32,000 bases of DNA from Longivirga aurantiaca (GCF_042660085.1 NZ_JBHSTI010000008.1:1539876-1571875), one strand, 5' to 3'. Shown: positions 1-9,960, numbered from the stretch's first letter. Translations and numbers: made by a program. Notes: generated by a model not told the origin, from the letters alone.

Positions 1-75
1 ATGCCGCCGTGGGGCCCCGACAAGATCACCGACGACGGCCGCGAGATGCTCCGCGCCCTCGGCTTCAACCTGTAG
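1..75 (+). CDS. 3' end of a CDS entering from the left edge (last 24 codons ...ITDDGREMLRALGFNL*), product unknown
   Basis: Frame 1 is open from base 1 to TAG at 73-75. Every codon third position is G or C, as in the confident genes here. The fragment is too short to name. Confidence 0.4.
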   Translation: MPPWGPDKITDDGREMLRALGFNL

Positions 76-78
76 CAG

Positions 79-114
79 CGCCCCGACGCCCCTCGGCCGT
101 GTGGTCGGGGGGCG
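79..114 (+). terminator. GC-rich imperfect hairpin just after the upstream stop codon (possible terminator, no U-tract)
   Basis: CGCCCCGAC (79-87) pairs with GTCGGGG(GG)CG (104-114) with a 2-nt bulge and a 16-nt loop. It lies between a stop codon and the next promoter-like hexamer. Confidence 0.25.
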
Positions 115-127
115 TCCGCGCGCCAAC

Positions 128-133
128 TAGAAT
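128..133 (+). promoter_or_regulatory. -10-like hexamer TAGAAT upstream of the ABC-F gene
   Basis: TAGAAT is an AT-rich near-consensus -10 in a GC-rich context. It sits 9 nt upstream of the GTG at 143, implying a very short leader. Confidence 0.4.
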
Positions 134-142
134 CCTGTTCTT

Positions 143-1747
<1,605 letters not shown>

Positions 1748-1819
1748 TCCACGACGGGCCTGGTGGCAGCGAACCTCGGCCGGGGTACCGTTGATCAAAC
1801 CCGGCACCAGGAGGCAGCG

Positions 1820-2050
1820 GTGGCAGATCTCGGCAAGGGTCGACGCGTCCAGGGCGGCGAGCGCGACAAGCTCAGCCACGACCTCAAGAAGAAGTACGTC
1901 GCCGGCGCCAGCATCCGCGAGCTCGCCGAGTCCACCGGCCGCTCCTACGGCTTCGTGCACCGGCTGCTGACGGAGTCGGGCGTGACGCTGCGCGGCCGCG
2001 GCGGCGCCACCCGTGGCAAGGCCAAGCAGAAGGCGAAGGCGCAGTCCTGA
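1820..2050 (+). CDS. small helix-turn-helix DNA-binding protein
   Basis: The ORF runs 1763..2050. I prefer the GTG at 1820, which is preceded by AGGAGG (1809-1814) with a 5-nt spacer. HTH-like core: ASIRELAESTGRSYGFVHRLLTESGV, followed by a basic tail. Confidence 0.65.
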   Translation: MADLGKGRRVQGGERDKLSHDLKKKYVAGASIRELAESTGRSYGFVHRLLTESGVTLRGRGGATRGKAKQKAKAQS

Positions 2051-2133
2051 ACGCCCCCGTCCCCGCCGAGGTCCTCGCGGCCGGCGGCGTCACCGTCTCC
2101 TGGTCCGGTCCTGGCGGCGAGCCCGTCGTCACG

Positions 2134-2847
2134 GTGATGCTCGATCGCGCCGAGAAGCGCAACGCGCAGACGCCCGCGACCTGGCGGGCGCTCGCCGCGG
2201 TCGGCGACCAGCTGCCCGACGGAACGCGGGTCGTGGTGCTGCGCGGCGCCGGTCCGGTGTTCAGCGCCGGCATCGACCTGCGGACGTTCACCCCGGAGGG
2301 CGTGGACGGCGAGCAGGTGGTCGCGCAGATCGCCGCGCTCGACGACCCGGGCGTGTCCGACCTCATCGCCGGCTTCCAACGGGCCTTCACCTGGTGGCAC
2401 GACCGCGACGACGTCATCACCGTGGCCGCCGTCCAGGGCGCTGCGGTCGGCGCCGGCTTCCAGCTGGCCCTCGCGTGCGACCTCCGGGTCTGCAGCACCG
2501 ACGCCCGCTTCGCGATGCGCGAGACGTCGCTCGGCCTCGTGCCCGACCTCGCGGGAACGCACCCGCTCGTGCGTGCCGTCGGCTACGGCCGCGCGCTCGA
2601 GCTGTGCGCCACCGGCCGCTGGCTGCCCGCGGACGAGGCGCAGGCGTGGGGCCTGGTCTCCGCCGTGGGGGACGACCTCGACACGCTGGTGGGCGCCACG
2701 GTGGCGGGGCTGCTGACCGCGCCCGAGACGGCGCTGCGGGCCACCAAGGGCGTGCTGCGGGCTGCCGTGACCCAGGACGCGGTCGCCCAGCGCCGCACCG
2801 AGCGCGAGGCCCAGATCGGGCTCCTCCGGGGCCTGCTCGGCGGCTGA
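2134..2847 (+). CDS. enoyl-CoA hydratase/isomerase (crotonase) family protein
   Basis: Crotonase hallmarks are present: LDRAEKRNAQ, VVVLRGAGPVFSAGIDL, AAVQGAAVGAGFQLALACD. 2134 is the first canonical start, but the true N-terminus probably lies upstream (see finding). Confidence 0.8.
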   Translation: MMLDRAEKRNAQTPATWRALAAVGDQLPDGTRVVVLRGAGPVFSAGIDLRTFTPEGVDGEQVVAQIAALDDPGVSDLIAGFQRAFTWWHDRDDVITVAAVQGAAVGAGFQLALACDLRVCSTDARFAMRETSLGLVPDLAGTHPLVRAVGYGRALELCATGRWLPADEAQAWGLVSAVGDDLDTLVGATVAGLLTAPETALRATKGVLRAAVTQDAVAQRRTEREAQIGLLRGLLGG

Positions 2848-2915
2848 CCGTCTTCCGGACACGTGTCGCCCGTCCGTACGACGTGGCCCGCGCCGGGACG
2901 GGGGAGGATGGGCCG

Positions 2916-3716
2916 GTGACCCGCCGTCCGCGCCTCTGCGCCGCCCTCGCCGTCGCTGCGGCCGCTGTCACGGCGTTCGGGCTGCTGGGCGCGAGCGGGC
3001 CGGCGTCCGCGCAGGTGGTGGCACCGACCGCCGTCCCCCTGCCCGCGGACATCGGGCAGCTGCCGTCCACGGTGAAGCAGCTCGTGACGGTCGAGGGCGG
3101 CTACACGAGCACCTACGCCACCGTGACCGCGTGGGCACGGGTCAACGGCTCCTGGGTCGTGCGCATGCGCACCACCGGCCGTGTCGGCTACAGCGGGCTG
3201 TCCGACATGGGGGTGGGCATCCGTCGCCAGAGCGACGGGACCACCCCGACCGGCCTCTACAAGATCGGCTACGGCTTCGGCACGGGCAGCAACCCCGGCA
3301 CGAGCATGTGGTGGCGCCGCTTCGACCGCAACGACTACTGGTCCTTCGACGCCCGAGACCCCAAGACCTACAACGTGTTCCAGACCCAGCGCCCGGCAAC
3401 GGCGTACTGGCGCGCCTACTCGCCGTACTCCGAGCACCTGTACGACCTCGCGAGCGAGTACCAGTATGCCTTCCTCATCAACTTCAACCTGCCGAAGAGC
3501 AAGCCCTACCAGCGCGCCGACGGACAGTGGGTCACGTCGTCCCCGGCCAACACCGCGCGGGGCGGAGGGATCTTCCTGCACGTGAACGGGTCGGGAGCGA
3601 CCGCAGGCTGCGTCTCGGTGCCCCGGGACAGGATGCTCTGGCTCACGCGCTGGTTCGGGCCCGCGTACCAGCCGCACATCGCCATCGGCACCACCAGCCT
3701 CATCCGCAGCCTCTGA
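2916..3716 (+). CDS. secreted L,D-transpeptidase (YkuD) catalytic-domain family protein
   Basis: The GTG at 2916 is preceded by GGGGGAGGA. The signal peptide has RR (VTRRPRLCAALAVAAAAVTAFGLLGASGPASAQ). The C-terminal active-site-like motif is GIFLHVNGSGATAGCVSVP (His...Gly-Cys). The upstream 300 codons of ORF 2013..3716 are Arg-rich shadow sequence. Confidence 0.75.
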   Translation: MTRRPRLCAALAVAAAAVTAFGLLGASGPASAQVVAPTAVPLPADIGQLPSTVKQLVTVEGGYTSTYATVTAWARVNGSWVVRMRTTGRVGYSGLSDMGVGIRRQSDGTTPTGLYKIGYGFGTGSNPGTSMWWRRFDRNDYWSFDARDPKTYNVFQTQRPATAYWRAYSPYSEHLYDLASEYQYAFLINFNLPKSKPYQRADGQWVTSSPANTARGGGIFLHVNGSGATAGCVSVPRDRMLWLTRWFGPAYQPHIAIGTTSLIRSL

Positions 3717-3777
3717 CCCGGAGCCTCTGACCCGGAGCCTCTGACCCGGAGCCTCTGACCCGGAGCCTCTGACCCCC
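3708..3777. repeat. 14-bp perfect tandem repeat AGCCTCTGACCCGG, about 5 copies
   Basis: Units lie at 3708, 3722, 3736, 3750 and 3764; the last is degenerate at its 3' end. The first unit carries the L,D-transpeptidase stop codon. Confidence 0.95.
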
Positions 3778-3891
3778 GGGCGCGCCCGTCGGACGGGTCG
3801 GGAATGCTGACCTGCGGGAACAACGGCGCCATGCCACGGTGTTCTCGCTGGGCACGGCCGAACGGTCGAGCCAGGACCAGGAGGCCCACGC

Positions 3892-5772
3892 GTGTCGATG
3901 TCCGGCCAGCACATGGCATGGCGCTCGTACCGCCGCGACGACTCGGTGCTCAACAAGAAGCTGGCACCGGGCACGTTCCGCCGGATCGTCAGCTACGCAC
4001 GGCCGTACAAGGTCCTCGTCATCGGCTTCCTCATCACCCTGGTGATCGACGCGGTGCTCGTGGTGGCCCAGCCCCTGCTGTTCCGCCGGATCATCGACCA
4101 GGGCGTGACGCCCGGCGACGCCCAGGTCGTCACGACGACCGCGATCCTCATCGCGCTCATCGCCTTCTTCGACGCCGGTCTCACCCTCGTCGGTCGCTGG
4201 TACTCCTCCCGCATCGGCGAGGGCCTGATCTACGACCTGCGGACGCAGGTGTTCGACCACGTGCAGCGCATGCCCGTCGCCTTCTTCACCCGGGCCCAGA
4301 CCGGTGCCCTCGTCTCGCGCCTGAACAACGACGTGATCGGAGCGCAGCAGGCGTTCACCTCCACGCTCTCCGGCGTCGTCGGCAACATGATCAGCCTGGT
4401 CGCGGTCGTGGTCGCCATGCTGTTCCTGTCGTGGCAGATCACGGTGGCCTCGCTCATCCTGCTCCCGATCTTCCTCGTGCCCGCCCGCTGGATCGGCCGC
4501 ACGCTGCAGCAGATGACGCGAGAGCAGATGCAGCTCAACGCGGACATGTCCACGCAGATGACCGAGCGCTTCAACGTCGCCGGCGCCCTCCTGGTCAAGC
4601 TGTTCGGCCGCCCTGACGAGGAGGCTGCTGACTTCTCGGGCAAATCCGGACGCGTGCGCGACATCGGCGTGAAGATCGCCATGGCCAACCGCGTCTTCTT
4701 CACCGCGCTCGCCCTGGTGGCCTCGCTCGCCACGGCGCTCGTGTACGGCGTCGGCGGCAACCTCGTGATCAACGGCGTCCTCACGATCGGCACCCTGCTG
4801 GCCCTGGCGGCGCTGCTCGGCCGCCTGTACGGCCCGCTCACGGCGCTGTCGAACGTGCGCGTCGACGTCATGACCGCACTCGTCAGCTTCGAACGGGTCT
4901 TCGAGGTGCTCGACCTCGAGCCGATGGTGCAGGACGCGCCTGACGCCCGACCGCTCACGCCGGGCCCCGCCACCGTGCGCTTCGACCACGTGCGCTTCCG
5001 CTACCCGTCGGCCGACGAGGTGTCGCTCGCGTCGCTGGAGTCGATCGCGCGGCAGGACTCGTCACCCGTGCGCGACGACGTCCTGCGCGACGTCAGCTTC
5101 ACCGCGGAGCCCGGCCAGATGGTCGCTCTCGTCGGCCCTTCGGGCGCCGGCAAGACGACCATCACCGCGCTCGTCTCCCGCCTGTACGACGTCACCGAGG
5201 GGTCGGTGTCGGTCAACGGTCAGGACGTCCGCGAGGTCACGCAGGAGTCGCTGCACGCGCTGGTCGGCGTCGTCACGCAGGACGCGCACATGTTCCACGA
5301 CACGATCCGCGCCAACCTCCTCTACGCGCGCCCCGGCTCCACCGACGAGGAGCTGCACGCCGCCCTCGCCGACGCCCAGGTGCTCGGCCTGGTGCAGGCC
5401 CTCCCGGACGGGCTCGACACCGTCGTGGGCGACCGCGGCTACCGCCTGTCGGGCGGGGAGAAGCAGCGCATGGCGATCGCGCGGCTGCTGCTCAAGGCGC
5501 CGGACGTCGTCGTCCTCGACGAGGCCACCGCACACCTCGACAGCGAGTCGGAGGTGGCTGTCCAGGAGGCCCTCGCGCACGCGCTGCAGGGCCGCACCTC
5601 GCTGGTCATCGCGCACCGCCTCTCGACCATCCGCGAGGCCGACAAGATCCTCGTGATCGTCGACGGCCGCGTCGCCGAGGAGGGCCGCCACGACGAGTTG
5701 CTCGCAGCCGGCGGCACCTACGCCGACCTCTACCGCACGCAGTTCGCCACGCAGGAGACCGCGCCCGCCTGA
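3892..5772 (+). CDS. ABC exporter, fused transmembrane domain + ATPase (type I exporter, MsbA/MDR-like)
   Basis: 626 aa. The GTG at 3892 lies 10 nt after AGGAGG. The N-terminal half has six hydrophobic segments. The C-terminal half has Walker A GPSGAGKTT, signature LSGGEKQR and Walker B VVVLDEATA. Confidence 0.9.
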   Translation: MSMSGQHMAWRSYRRDDSVLNKKLAPGTFRRIVSYARPYKVLVIGFLITLVIDAVLVVAQPLLFRRIIDQGVTPGDAQVVTTTAILIALIAFFDAGLTLVGRWYSSRIGEGLIYDLRTQVFDHVQRMPVAFFTRAQTGALVSRLNNDVIGAQQAFTSTLSGVVGNMISLVAVVVAMLFLSWQITVASLILLPIFLVPARWIGRTLQQMTREQMQLNADMSTQMTERFNVAGALLVKLFGRPDEEAADFSGKSGRVRDIGVKIAMANRVFFTALALVASLATALVYGVGGNLVINGVLTIGTLLALAALLGRLYGPLTALSNVRVDVMTALVSFERVFEVLDLEPMVQDAPDARPLTPGPATVRFDHVRFRYPSADEVSLASLESIARQDSSPVRDDVLRDVSFTAEPGQMVALVGPSGAGKTTITALVSRLYDVTEGSVSVNGQDVREVTQESLHALVGVVTQDAHMFHDTIRANLLYARPGSTDEELHAALADAQVLGLVQALPDGLDTVVGDRGYRLSGGEKQRMAIARLLLKAPDVVVLDEATAHLDSESEVAVQEALAHALQGRTSLVIAHRLSTIREADKILVIVDGRVAEEGRHDELLAAGGTYADLYRTQFATQETAPA

Positions 5773-5783
5773 GGCGCGCCCTC

Positions 5784-6407
5784 CTAGCTGCTCAGAGCGA
5801 GGATGACCGCCGCCATCACGGTCTTGGTGTCCTTGGCCGACGCCGTGGCGAGCAGGTACACGGAGTCTCCGTACGCCCACGCCATGGCGTACAGCGGGGG
5901 CGCGCCCTTGCGGGTGGTCTTCCATACCGTCTCGCCCGACACGGTCGCCTTGTCCGCACGCTTCAGCATGGCGAAGCCGGCGGCCGCATCGATCGCCGCA
6001 TTGCGCGCCTCGGTGGCGGTGAAGTCCCGCTCCGCGCGCAGCATGGTGATCACGCCGCCCACCTCGCCGTCGGCCGCGATGGCGCGCACCACGGCACCCT
6101 CCATGCGCGGGTCGTCGTCGGAGGCGCCGCCCATCTGCTTCAGCAGCGCGTCGTCGTCGATCCCGTCGGAGACGTACTCGAAGCCGTCGATCTGCGGCAG
6201 GTCGGAGTCCGGGATGGTGGTGATCGACGGAGCCGGGCTGCTGCTCGCAGAGGCGGTCGGCGACGCGCTGGTCGGGGTCGGCGCTGCACTGGACGTGGTG
6301 CTGGAGGTCGGTGCGCCGGTCGCGCCGCCGTCGCTCGACGACGCCCCGCAGCCGGCGAGGACGAGGCTGACGGCCAGTGCGCAGGCAGGCAGGACAGGGG
6401 ACTTCAT
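5784..6407 (-). CDS. lipoprotein of unknown function with Ser/Thr/Pro/Ala-rich linker
   Basis: The signal peptide plus lipobox is MKSPVLPACALAVSLVLAGC. The ATG is preceded by a GGGGGAA SD. It is the last gene of a minus-strand operon. Confidence 0.6.
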   Translation of the reverse strand: MKSPVLPACALAVSLVLAGCGASSSDGGATGAPTSSTTSSAAPTPTSASPTASASSSPAPSITTIPDSDLPQIDGFEYVSDGIDDDALLKQMGGASDDDPRMEGAVVRAIAADGEVGGVITMLRAERDFTATEARNAAIDAAAGFAMLKRADKATVSGETVWKTTRKGAPPLYAMAWAYGDSVYLLATASAKDTKTVMAAVILALSS

Positions 6408-6425
6408 GGTTCCCCCGGAGAGTGA

Positions 6426-6779
6426 TCAGGCCGCGCGTTCGGCGGCCAGTGCTCGGACGATGCGGCGTACCAGCTCGAGGTCGATGCCGTCCTTCAGGAC
6501 CAGCTTGGTGGTGCCGCGCCCGGACGAGAGCGGCGCGAGCTCCTCGACCAGCTCCGGCGGCGATGCCGGGGTCGGATAGATGCTCACGTGCTTCGCCCAG
6601 CCGGCGACATGGACGACGGTGGAGCCGTCGAGGTCGAAGGTCGGCATGCCGTAGCTGATGCGCTCGGTGGCACCGGGGAGCACCTCGTGCACCACGGCAC
6701 GGATGTCCTGCAGGGCGGCGCGGACGGCATCGGGCTGCGCAGCCAGGTAGTCGTCGATCGTGCCGGGGGTGGCGGGCAT
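6426..6779 (-). CDS. DUF1801 (YdhG-like) domain protein
   Basis: 117 aa. The IDDYLAAQPDAVRAALQDIRAVV...ERISYGMPTF pattern is typical of this family as I recall it. GC3 is high. Confidence 0.6.
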   Translation of the reverse strand: MPATPGTIDDYLAAQPDAVRAALQDIRAVVHEVLPGATERISYGMPTFDLDGSTVVHVAGWAKHVSIYPTPASPPELVEELAPLSSGRGTTKLVLKDGIDLELVRRIVRALAAERAA

Positions 6780-6800
6780 CGTCCGAGTATGGACGTGCGG

Positions 6801-7583
6801 CTACAGGCTTCGCAGCATTCCGCCGTCGACCGGGACGAGGCTCCCGGAGACGTACGAGGCGGCGGGGGAGAGCAGGAACGCGGCCACCCTGCCGAGCTCG
6901 TCGGGCTCGCCGTAGCGGCCGAGCGGGATCGCGGCCTCGTTGCGACGACGCACCATGTCGGGCGCACCCAGGCGGGCGTCGACCGCGAACATGCGGTCGG
7001 TCGCGAGACGGCCGGGAAGGATCCCGTTGACGCGGATGCCGCGCGGGCCGAGCTCGTCCGCGAGGTCCTTGACCATCATCGCGAGGCCGGGTCGGAGGCC
7101 GTTGCTCGTGGTGAGACCCGGGACGATCTCGCGGGCGGACGACGACAGGATCAGTGCGATCGAGCCGCCGGCGCCGGCGACGTTGTGGGGCTCGGGGCTC
7201 ATCGCGTTCGCGGTCGCCCGGGCCACGCGCAGAGCGCCGAGGAAGACGGTCTCGAACGAGATCCGCCACGTCTCGTCGTCCGTGGTCATCGGCGTACCGG
7301 CGGCGGGACCGCCGACGCTGATCAGGGCGCCGTCGAGGCGGCCGAAGCGGGCTACCGCGGCGGCCACGACCCGCTCTGCCGAGGCGCTGTCGGCCAGGTC
7401 CGCGGGCACTCCCACGGCAGACGACGAGCCGAGCTCGGCGATCGCCTCGTCGATGCCCTGCTGGTCGCGCGCGCAGATCACGACCTGGGCGCCCTCGGCG
7501 ACGAGGGCCCGCGCGGAGGCGAGCCCGAGGCCGCGAGAGCCCCCGGTGACGACGAACACGCGGTCGTGAAGTCCCAGGTCCAT
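6801..7583 (-). CDS. SDR family oxidoreductase
   Basis: 260 aa. The N-terminal Rossmann motif is VFVVTGGSRGLGLASA, and length and fold pattern are typical of SDRs. Confidence 0.85.
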   Translation of the reverse strand: MDLGLHDRVFVVTGGSRGLGLASARALVAEGAQVVICARDQQGIDEAIAELGSSSAVGVPADLADSASAERVVAAAVARFGRLDGALISVGGPAAGTPMTTDDETWRISFETVFLGALRVARATANAMSPEPHNVAGAGGSIALILSSSAREIVPGLTTSNGLRPGLAMMVKDLADELGPRGIRVNGILPGRLATDRMFAVDARLGAPDMVRRRNEAAIPLGRYGEPDELGRVAAFLLSPAASYVSGSLVPVDGGMLRSL

Positions 7584-7699
7584 GTCCGCAGTCTGCCCCG
7601 GTATCGGGCCGTCGGCACCGTGCCACGCGGCCGAACGGGTGACTAGTCGTCGCTTTGCGCTACGGCGCGGCCCCAGGAAGTGGACGCAGAGTCACCGGT

Positions 7700-8506
7700 T
7701 CAGTCGATGGACCCGGTCGGCTGCGGGGGTCCTGTCGGTGTGCCGTCGGTCGCGAGGGCGGCCTCGGCCGCCGCGTACTCCGACTCACGACGGATCAGGA
7801 GCACGAACCCGACGACCGCGACACCGGCGAAGAACACCCACTGCACGGCGTACGACAGGTGCGGGCCGTCGGACAGGTCCGGGAGGGGGATCGGGCGCAG
7901 ATCGGCGCTGTCGGCGGGGGAGGACTCCACCAGGGTCACGTAGCCGGGGTACGCCGACGCGCCGCCCGCCACCAGGGGCACGGACAGGTCGGTGATCTGT
8001 CCCGCAGGGAGGTCGCCGGGCTGGACGTCGGGGGCGGCCTCCGACGGCTGGAGCCGCCCGGTGAGCGTGATCTCGCCCGTAGGCGGCGCCGGCACGGCCT
8101 GGGCGGCGCTGGCCGATCCGTCAGCCGCGATCCAGCCGCGGTTCACCACGAGCACCGACCCGGAGCTGGTCACCAGCGGGGTCACCACCCAGAAGCCGTT
8201 CTTGCCCTCGAGCGGCCGCTTGCGCACCAGGACGGTCGAGCCGGCGTCGTACCGCCCGGTGGCGGTGACGGGGAACCAGCGCTGGTCGTCCCCGACGGCA
8301 TCGAGCGGGTCGCCGGCACGCATGACCGAGTCGACCGGGACGGGCGCCGCGGCGCTGTGCGTGGTGACCAGGTCGTTGAAGTACCGGCGGTCGTCGAGCC
8401 GGCTCAGCTGCCAGCGCGACAGCAGGATGAACGAGGGCAGCACGAGCAGTACGAGGAAGCCGAGGGCCAGCCACCGCGGCTGGCGCAGGAACGCGTATCT
8501 GCCCAC
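7700..8506 (-). CDS. SURF1-like cytochrome oxidase assembly protein
   Basis: 268 aa. An N-terminal TM is followed by LSRWQLSRL (SURF1 WQxxR motif), and there is a C-terminal TM. Confidence 0.8.
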   Translation of the reverse strand: MGRYAFLRQPRWLALGFLVLLVLPSFILLSRWQLSRLDDRRYFNDLVTTHSAAAPVPVDSVMRAGDPLDAVGDDQRWFPVTATGRYDAGSTVLVRKRPLEGKNGFWVVTPLVTSSGSVLVVNRGWIAADGSASAAQAVPAPPTGEITLTGRLQPSEAAPDVQPGDLPAGQITDLSVPLVAGGASAYPGYVTLVESSPADSADLRPIPLPDLSDGPHLSYAVQWVFFAGVAVVGFVLLIRRESEYAAAEAALATDGTPTGPPQPTGSID

Positions 8507-8630
8507 GTCCAGAGCCTAAGCGGCGAAGCCCGTGTCCTCATCCGCGGGATCGGCGAGGCGGTGGCTCCGCAGGTGCGGAGGGCTCGTCACCCACTGCGGA
8601 GCCGGGAGGGCGGTACGGCCCACGGGCACC

Positions 8631-8636
8631 TAGTCT
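8631..8636 (+). promoter_or_regulatory. -10-like TAGTCT placed for a leaderless moaA transcript
   Basis: This is a TANNNT hexamer 6 nt upstream of the moaA ATG (8643). No SD is visible. Confidence 0.45.
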
Positions 8637-8642
8637 GACCGC

Positions 8643-9641
8643 ATGCGTCTCGTCGACGGGTTCGGACGGGTGGCCACGGACCTCCGTGTGTCGCTCACCG
8701 ACCGCTGCAACCTGCGGTGCACCTACTGCATGCCCGCCGAGGGCCTGCCCTGGCTGCCGAGCGACACGCTGCTGACCGACGACGAGCTCGTGCGCGTCAT
8801 CCGCGTCGCCGTCGACCTCGGGGTGACCGACATCCGGTTCACCGGCGGGGAGCCGCTGCTGCGGCCGAGCCTGCCGCGCATCGTGCGCGACATCGCCGCC
8901 CATCCGTCGTCGCCGCGCATGTCGCTGACCACCAACGGGATCGGGCTGGCCGCCGTCGCCGCCGACCTGAAGGAGGCGGGCCTGCACCGGGTCAACGTCT
9001 CGCTCGACACGCTCGACGCCGACCGGTTCAAGGAGCTCACCCGGCGCCCCCGGATCGACGACGTGTTCCGCGGGCTCGAGGCCGCCGCGGCAGCCGGTCT
9101 CACCCCCGTGAAGGTCAACGCCGTGCTCATGCGCGGAGTCAACGACGTCGAGGCCGTCGACCTGCTCACCTTCTGCCTCGAGCGCGGCTACGAGCTGCGG
9201 TTCATCGAGCAGATGCCGCTCGACGCCCAGCACGCCTGGACCCGCGCCGAGATGATCGCCGCCGACGAGATCCTGGCGCTGCTGGCGACCACCTACGACC
9301 TCGTGGCCGATGACGTGCCCCGGGGCAGCCAGCCCGCCGAGAAGTTCCGCGTGCGCTCCCTCGACGGCGCCGACCTCGGCACCGTAGGGATCATCGGCTC
9401 GGTGACGCGGCCCTTCTGCGCGGCGTGCGACCGGGTCCGCCTCACGGCCGACGGCGCGGTGCGCAACTGCCTGTTCGCCCGCGACGAGCACCCGATCCGC
9501 GACATCGTCCGCAACGGCGGCACCGACGAGGACATCGCCGCGGTGTTCCTCGGCGCGATGGCCGTGAAGAAGGCGGGGCACGGAATCGGCGACCCCGGGT
9601 TCGTCCAGCCCGACCGGCCGATGTCCGCGATCGGCGGCTGA
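8643..9641 (+). CDS. moaA: GTP 3',8-cyclase MoaA (radical SAM, molybdenum cofactor biosynthesis)
   Basis: 332 aa. The N-terminus LRVSLTDRCNLRCTYCMP carries the CxxxCxxC cluster. The C-terminal second-cluster region is FCAACDRVRLTADG. Confidence 0.95.
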   Translation: MRLVDGFGRVATDLRVSLTDRCNLRCTYCMPAEGLPWLPSDTLLTDDELVRVIRVAVDLGVTDIRFTGGEPLLRPSLPRIVRDIAAHPSSPRMSLTTNGIGLAAVAADLKEAGLHRVNVSLDTLDADRFKELTRRPRIDDVFRGLEAAAAAGLTPVKVNAVLMRGVNDVEAVDLLTFCLERGYELRFIEQMPLDAQHAWTRAEMIAADEILALLATTYDLVADDVPRGSQPAEKFRVRSLDGADLGTVGIIGSVTRPFCAACDRVRLTADGAVRNCLFARDEHPIRDIVRNGGTDEDIAAVFLGAMAVKKAGHGIGDPGFVQPDRPMSAIGG

Positions 9642-9648
9642 GCGCCGC

Positions 9649-9948
9649 TCAGGAGCTGCCGCGGCCGAGCATCCGGCGCGTCGGCTTCATCGCGACCGTG
9701 AACCCCTCGCGGTCGCTGCGCTCGCGCCCGGCGTTCGCCATGATCACAGCGACGTACGGCAGGAAGACGGCGCCCGCTACCAGGAACCAGCGCCAGGGCG
9801 AGGGAGCGATCACCGCACCGACGAAGCAGGCCGTGCGGATGCCCATCGACCACAGGTAGCGGCGGGTGCGGCCCGACTGGTCGTCCGAGAGCCCGGCGCC
9901 CGCATCGGTGATGCGGTGCACCTCCTCGCGGGCGGGCTTGTCCAGCAC
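9649..9948 (-). CDS. DUF3099-like small membrane protein
   Basis: The ORF is trimmed to the GTG at 9948 because the longer form overlaps the dodecin gene. Core sequence: RRYLWSMGIRTACFVGAVIAPSPWRWFLVAGAVFLPYVAVIMANAGRE (two TMs). Confidence 0.6.
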   Translation of the reverse strand: MLDKPAREEVHRITDAGAGLSDDQSGRTRRYLWSMGIRTACFVGAVIAPSPWRWFLVAGAVFLPYVAVIMANAGRERSDREGFTVAMKPTRRMLGRGSS

Positions 9949-9954
9949 CCGCCT

Positions 9955-9960
9955 ACCGTA
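9955..9960 (-). promoter_or_regulatory. -10-like TACGGT placed for a leaderless transcript of the DUF3099 gene
   Basis: On the minus strand this reads TACGGT-aggcgg-GTG, with a 6-nt spacer. Confidence 0.4.

Noticed and set aside
2013-2915. N-terminal 300 codons of the 567-aa ORF 2013..3716, and similar long 5' extensions of ORFs 10014, 11084..13639, 12466..14631, 16177, 18541, 25673, 26974 and 27307..29037
   Set aside because: The extensions overlap other well-supported genes and are Arg/Pro-rich. Each is followed by an internal start with an SD, a GTGA overlap or a TANNNT box at the point where real family homology begins.
3708-3777. The tandem repeat as a CRISPR array
   Set aside because: The units are 14 bp and directly abutting, with no spacers, and there are no cas genes. 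It is a minisatellite, not CRISPR.
3785-3797. 13-bp palindrome CCCGTCgGACGGG downstream of the tandem repeat
   Set aside because: It is short and made of GC-rich words that are common in this composition. I have no supporting context, so it is not reported as a site.
5062-7626. 854-aa minus-strand ORF
   Set aside because: It spans the 3' part of the ABC exporter plus three well-supported minus-strand genes in another frame. It is extremely Arg/Pro/Gly-rich low-complexity sequence and not credible as a protein.
8507-8642. Molybdenum-cofactor (Moco) riboswitch upstream of moaA
   Set aside because: The context is tempting and the region has alternative pairings. However, I cannot recognise the conserved Moco junction sequence by eye, the gap is short for that aptamer, and the TAGTCT box 6 nt before the ATG argues moaA is leaderless. 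It needs a covariance-model scan to settle.
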